From the NCBI GenBank assembly GCA_963771175.1, contig CAVYSY010000052.1, positions 96,001 to 160,000 on the forward strand: a stretch of DNA of 64,000 bases. Direction: 5' to 3'. The translations under genes and the position numbers were made by a program. The notes beneath the pieces are model-generated. The model saw only the letters and a list, made by a program, of their open reading frames with translations. It was not told the DNA's origin and searched no databases. Of the stretch, positions 62,562 through 64,000 are shown piece by piece. Position 1 is the stretch's first letter. Every line of letters starts with the position of its first letter. The DNA is from an uncultured delta proteobacterium. GTDB taxonomy: Bacteria > Myxococcota > Myxococcia > Myxococcales > Myxococcaceae.

Positions 62562-64000
62562 GACTCTTTCCTCGAGCGGCCGAGCAGCACCGCCAGCACG
62601 ACGAGACCCAGCGCCCCGAGGCCACTGCCCGTGGCCACCGGCACCGCCCCACACCCGAAGCCCACCCGCAGCGCGAGCGCGTCCCCCACGGTGAAGCCCA
62701 GCGGCTCCGAGAGCCCACCCCGCACGCCGAGCTGCTCGGCCCAGGCACGCGCCTCGTGGGGGCCCTTGGCGAGCGCCGGGCTGGCCTCGACGGCGAAGCC
62801 ACCCGCGCTGTCCGCCACCACGGGCGAGCCCAGGGGGGCCCCGTCAATGAACACCTGCACCGTGGCTCCGGGCGCCGTCTTGCCCTCGAGGCGCGCCGAG
62901 GGGTCCACGTCGACCGCGCCCCTTCCGGGAGAGACCCAGGTCACCGTGGGCGCGGTGAAGCCCTGGTCGATAGTCGTCGAGCCTCCCGCGGAGTCCGGCG
63001 CTCCCTCGGTGACGGGCTCGGCCCCCCAGTTCCCCGCGGTGGGCGTGGAGCCCGCCAGCCCCCCGTTCACGGAGGTGACACACCCCGCCTCCACGCCCGC
63101 CACACCCTGGATGAAGAGCCGCCCGCCACCGCCTCCGCCTCCGGGGGAGACGTCGCTGTTGGCCCCCGCGCCACCCCGGGCCTCCACCCCCGTGCAGCCG
63201 AACTGCGTCTCGATGCGCACGTGTACCGTGCCGCCCGCGCCGCCTCCACCTCCACCTCCGTGCGTCGCCGCGAGGGGCGTGGCGCCATTGGCGGTGATGA
63301 AGCCGCGAGGACGGGGACCCTGCAGCTCCCGGGCCCGGAAGAAGATGATGCCGCCGCCCGCGCCTCCGTTCGTCCCCTCGAGGCCGGCGCCTCCGCCGCC
63401 GCCGAGCAACAGGCGCTCCCAGTGCTGGTAGCGCAGCGCAGCGCCGCCGTGGCCACCCACGACGCGCGCGGAGTCGTCCGAGCCGGAGTTGCCTCCCCGC
63501 CCGCCCCTGCCGACGTGACCGCCTCCGCCTCCGCCCGCGTCGTGGCAGTTGCCGCCTCCGCCCGCGTTGCCGAGTCGGCCATGCCCGTGCGTGGGCGCAC
63601 CGGCGCTCGCGCTGGCGAGGCCCTCGCCCTTGTTCGTGCCGCCTCCGCTCGCGCCCCCGCTGCCCACGGGCCCGTTCAGCGCCGCACAGCCATACAGCGC
63701 CGTGGCCACTCCGGTCTCGGCCACGCCGCCCCGGAAGCCCGCGCCATCCGCCACCAGCGAGCCCTGGTTGAAGACCGTGCCGGTGACCAGGAAGGCCAGC
63801 ACGCCTCCGTTGCGCCCGTTCCAGGGTGGCGCCTGCAGCGAGCTGCCGCTCGTCGAGATGCGCACGTCCGAGTACTCGGGCACACGCACCACCTGGCTCA
63901 CGGTGGCGAAACGGTTCACCAGCGGCGCGGTGAGGCGCAGCACCCCGGGCGCGACGCTCGCCAGTCGCGCCAGCTCCCACCGGCCCGCGCCCGAGCCCAC
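62558..64000 (-). CDS. AgmC-like Gly-rich surface protein with Ig-like domain and MYXO-CTERM-like tail; 5' end outside window
   Basis: GRWELAR, QVVRVPEY, WNG..GGVLAFL, GFRGG, poly-Gly motifs, Ig-like PGATVQVFIDG..ADSAG.F, GFGC + TM + RSRK. Confidence 0.75.
   Translation of the reverse strand: MGSGAGRWELARLASVAPGVLRLTAPLVNRFATVSQVVRVPEYSDVRISTSGSSLQAPPWNGRNGGVLAFLVTGTVFNQGSLVADGAGFRGGVAETGVATALYGCAALNGPVGSGGASGGGTNKGEGLASASAGAPTHGHGRLGNAGGGGNCHDAGGGGGGHVGRGGRGGNSGSDDSARVVGGHGGAALRYQHWERLLLGGGGGAGLEGTNGGAGGGIIFFRARELQGPRPRGFITANGATPLAATHGGGGGGGAGGTVHVRIETQFGCTGVEARGGAGANSDVSPGGGGGGGRLFIQGVAGVEAGCVTSVNGGLAGSTPTAGNWGAEPVTEGAPDSAGGSTTIDQGFTAPTVTWVSPGRGAVDVDPSARLEGKTAPGATVQVFIDGAPLGSPVVADSAGGFAVEASPALAKGPHEARAWAEQLGVRGGLSEPLGFTVGDALALRVGFGCGAVPVATGSGLGALGLVVLAVLLGRSRKES

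Overview
GC-rich, gene-dense chromosomal DNA. Gene content (TPR Ser/Thr kinase, sigma-54 activator, PEGA and Kelch proteins, MYXO-CTERM-like tail) points to a myxobacterium; this taxonomy is my inference. About 55 CDSs are supported; I saw no rRNA, tRNA, CRISPR array, transposase or integrase. At least ten genes carry 1-nt indels that look like sequencing or assembly errors. Most notable locus (11337-17842, minus strand): nrtR (Nudix-wHTH), a PP2C phosphatase, a YegI/TerY-P-type kinase with a Zn ribbon, an inserted Phd/RelE pair with a palindromic repeat, a long nicotinamidase-like hydrolase and a vWA protein. Five near-palindromic GTGTC-N6-ACA(C) NrtR-type boxes sit on three sigma70-like promoters of identical geometry. 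This looks like a TerY-P-like phosphorylation triad placed under an ADP-ribose/NAD sensor. A second candidate system is a lower-GC three-gene operon (33174-34914) headed by a possible R-S-E ADP-ribosyltransferase. A 27-bp perfect palindrome occurs four times in intergenic DNA, plus one variant copy.
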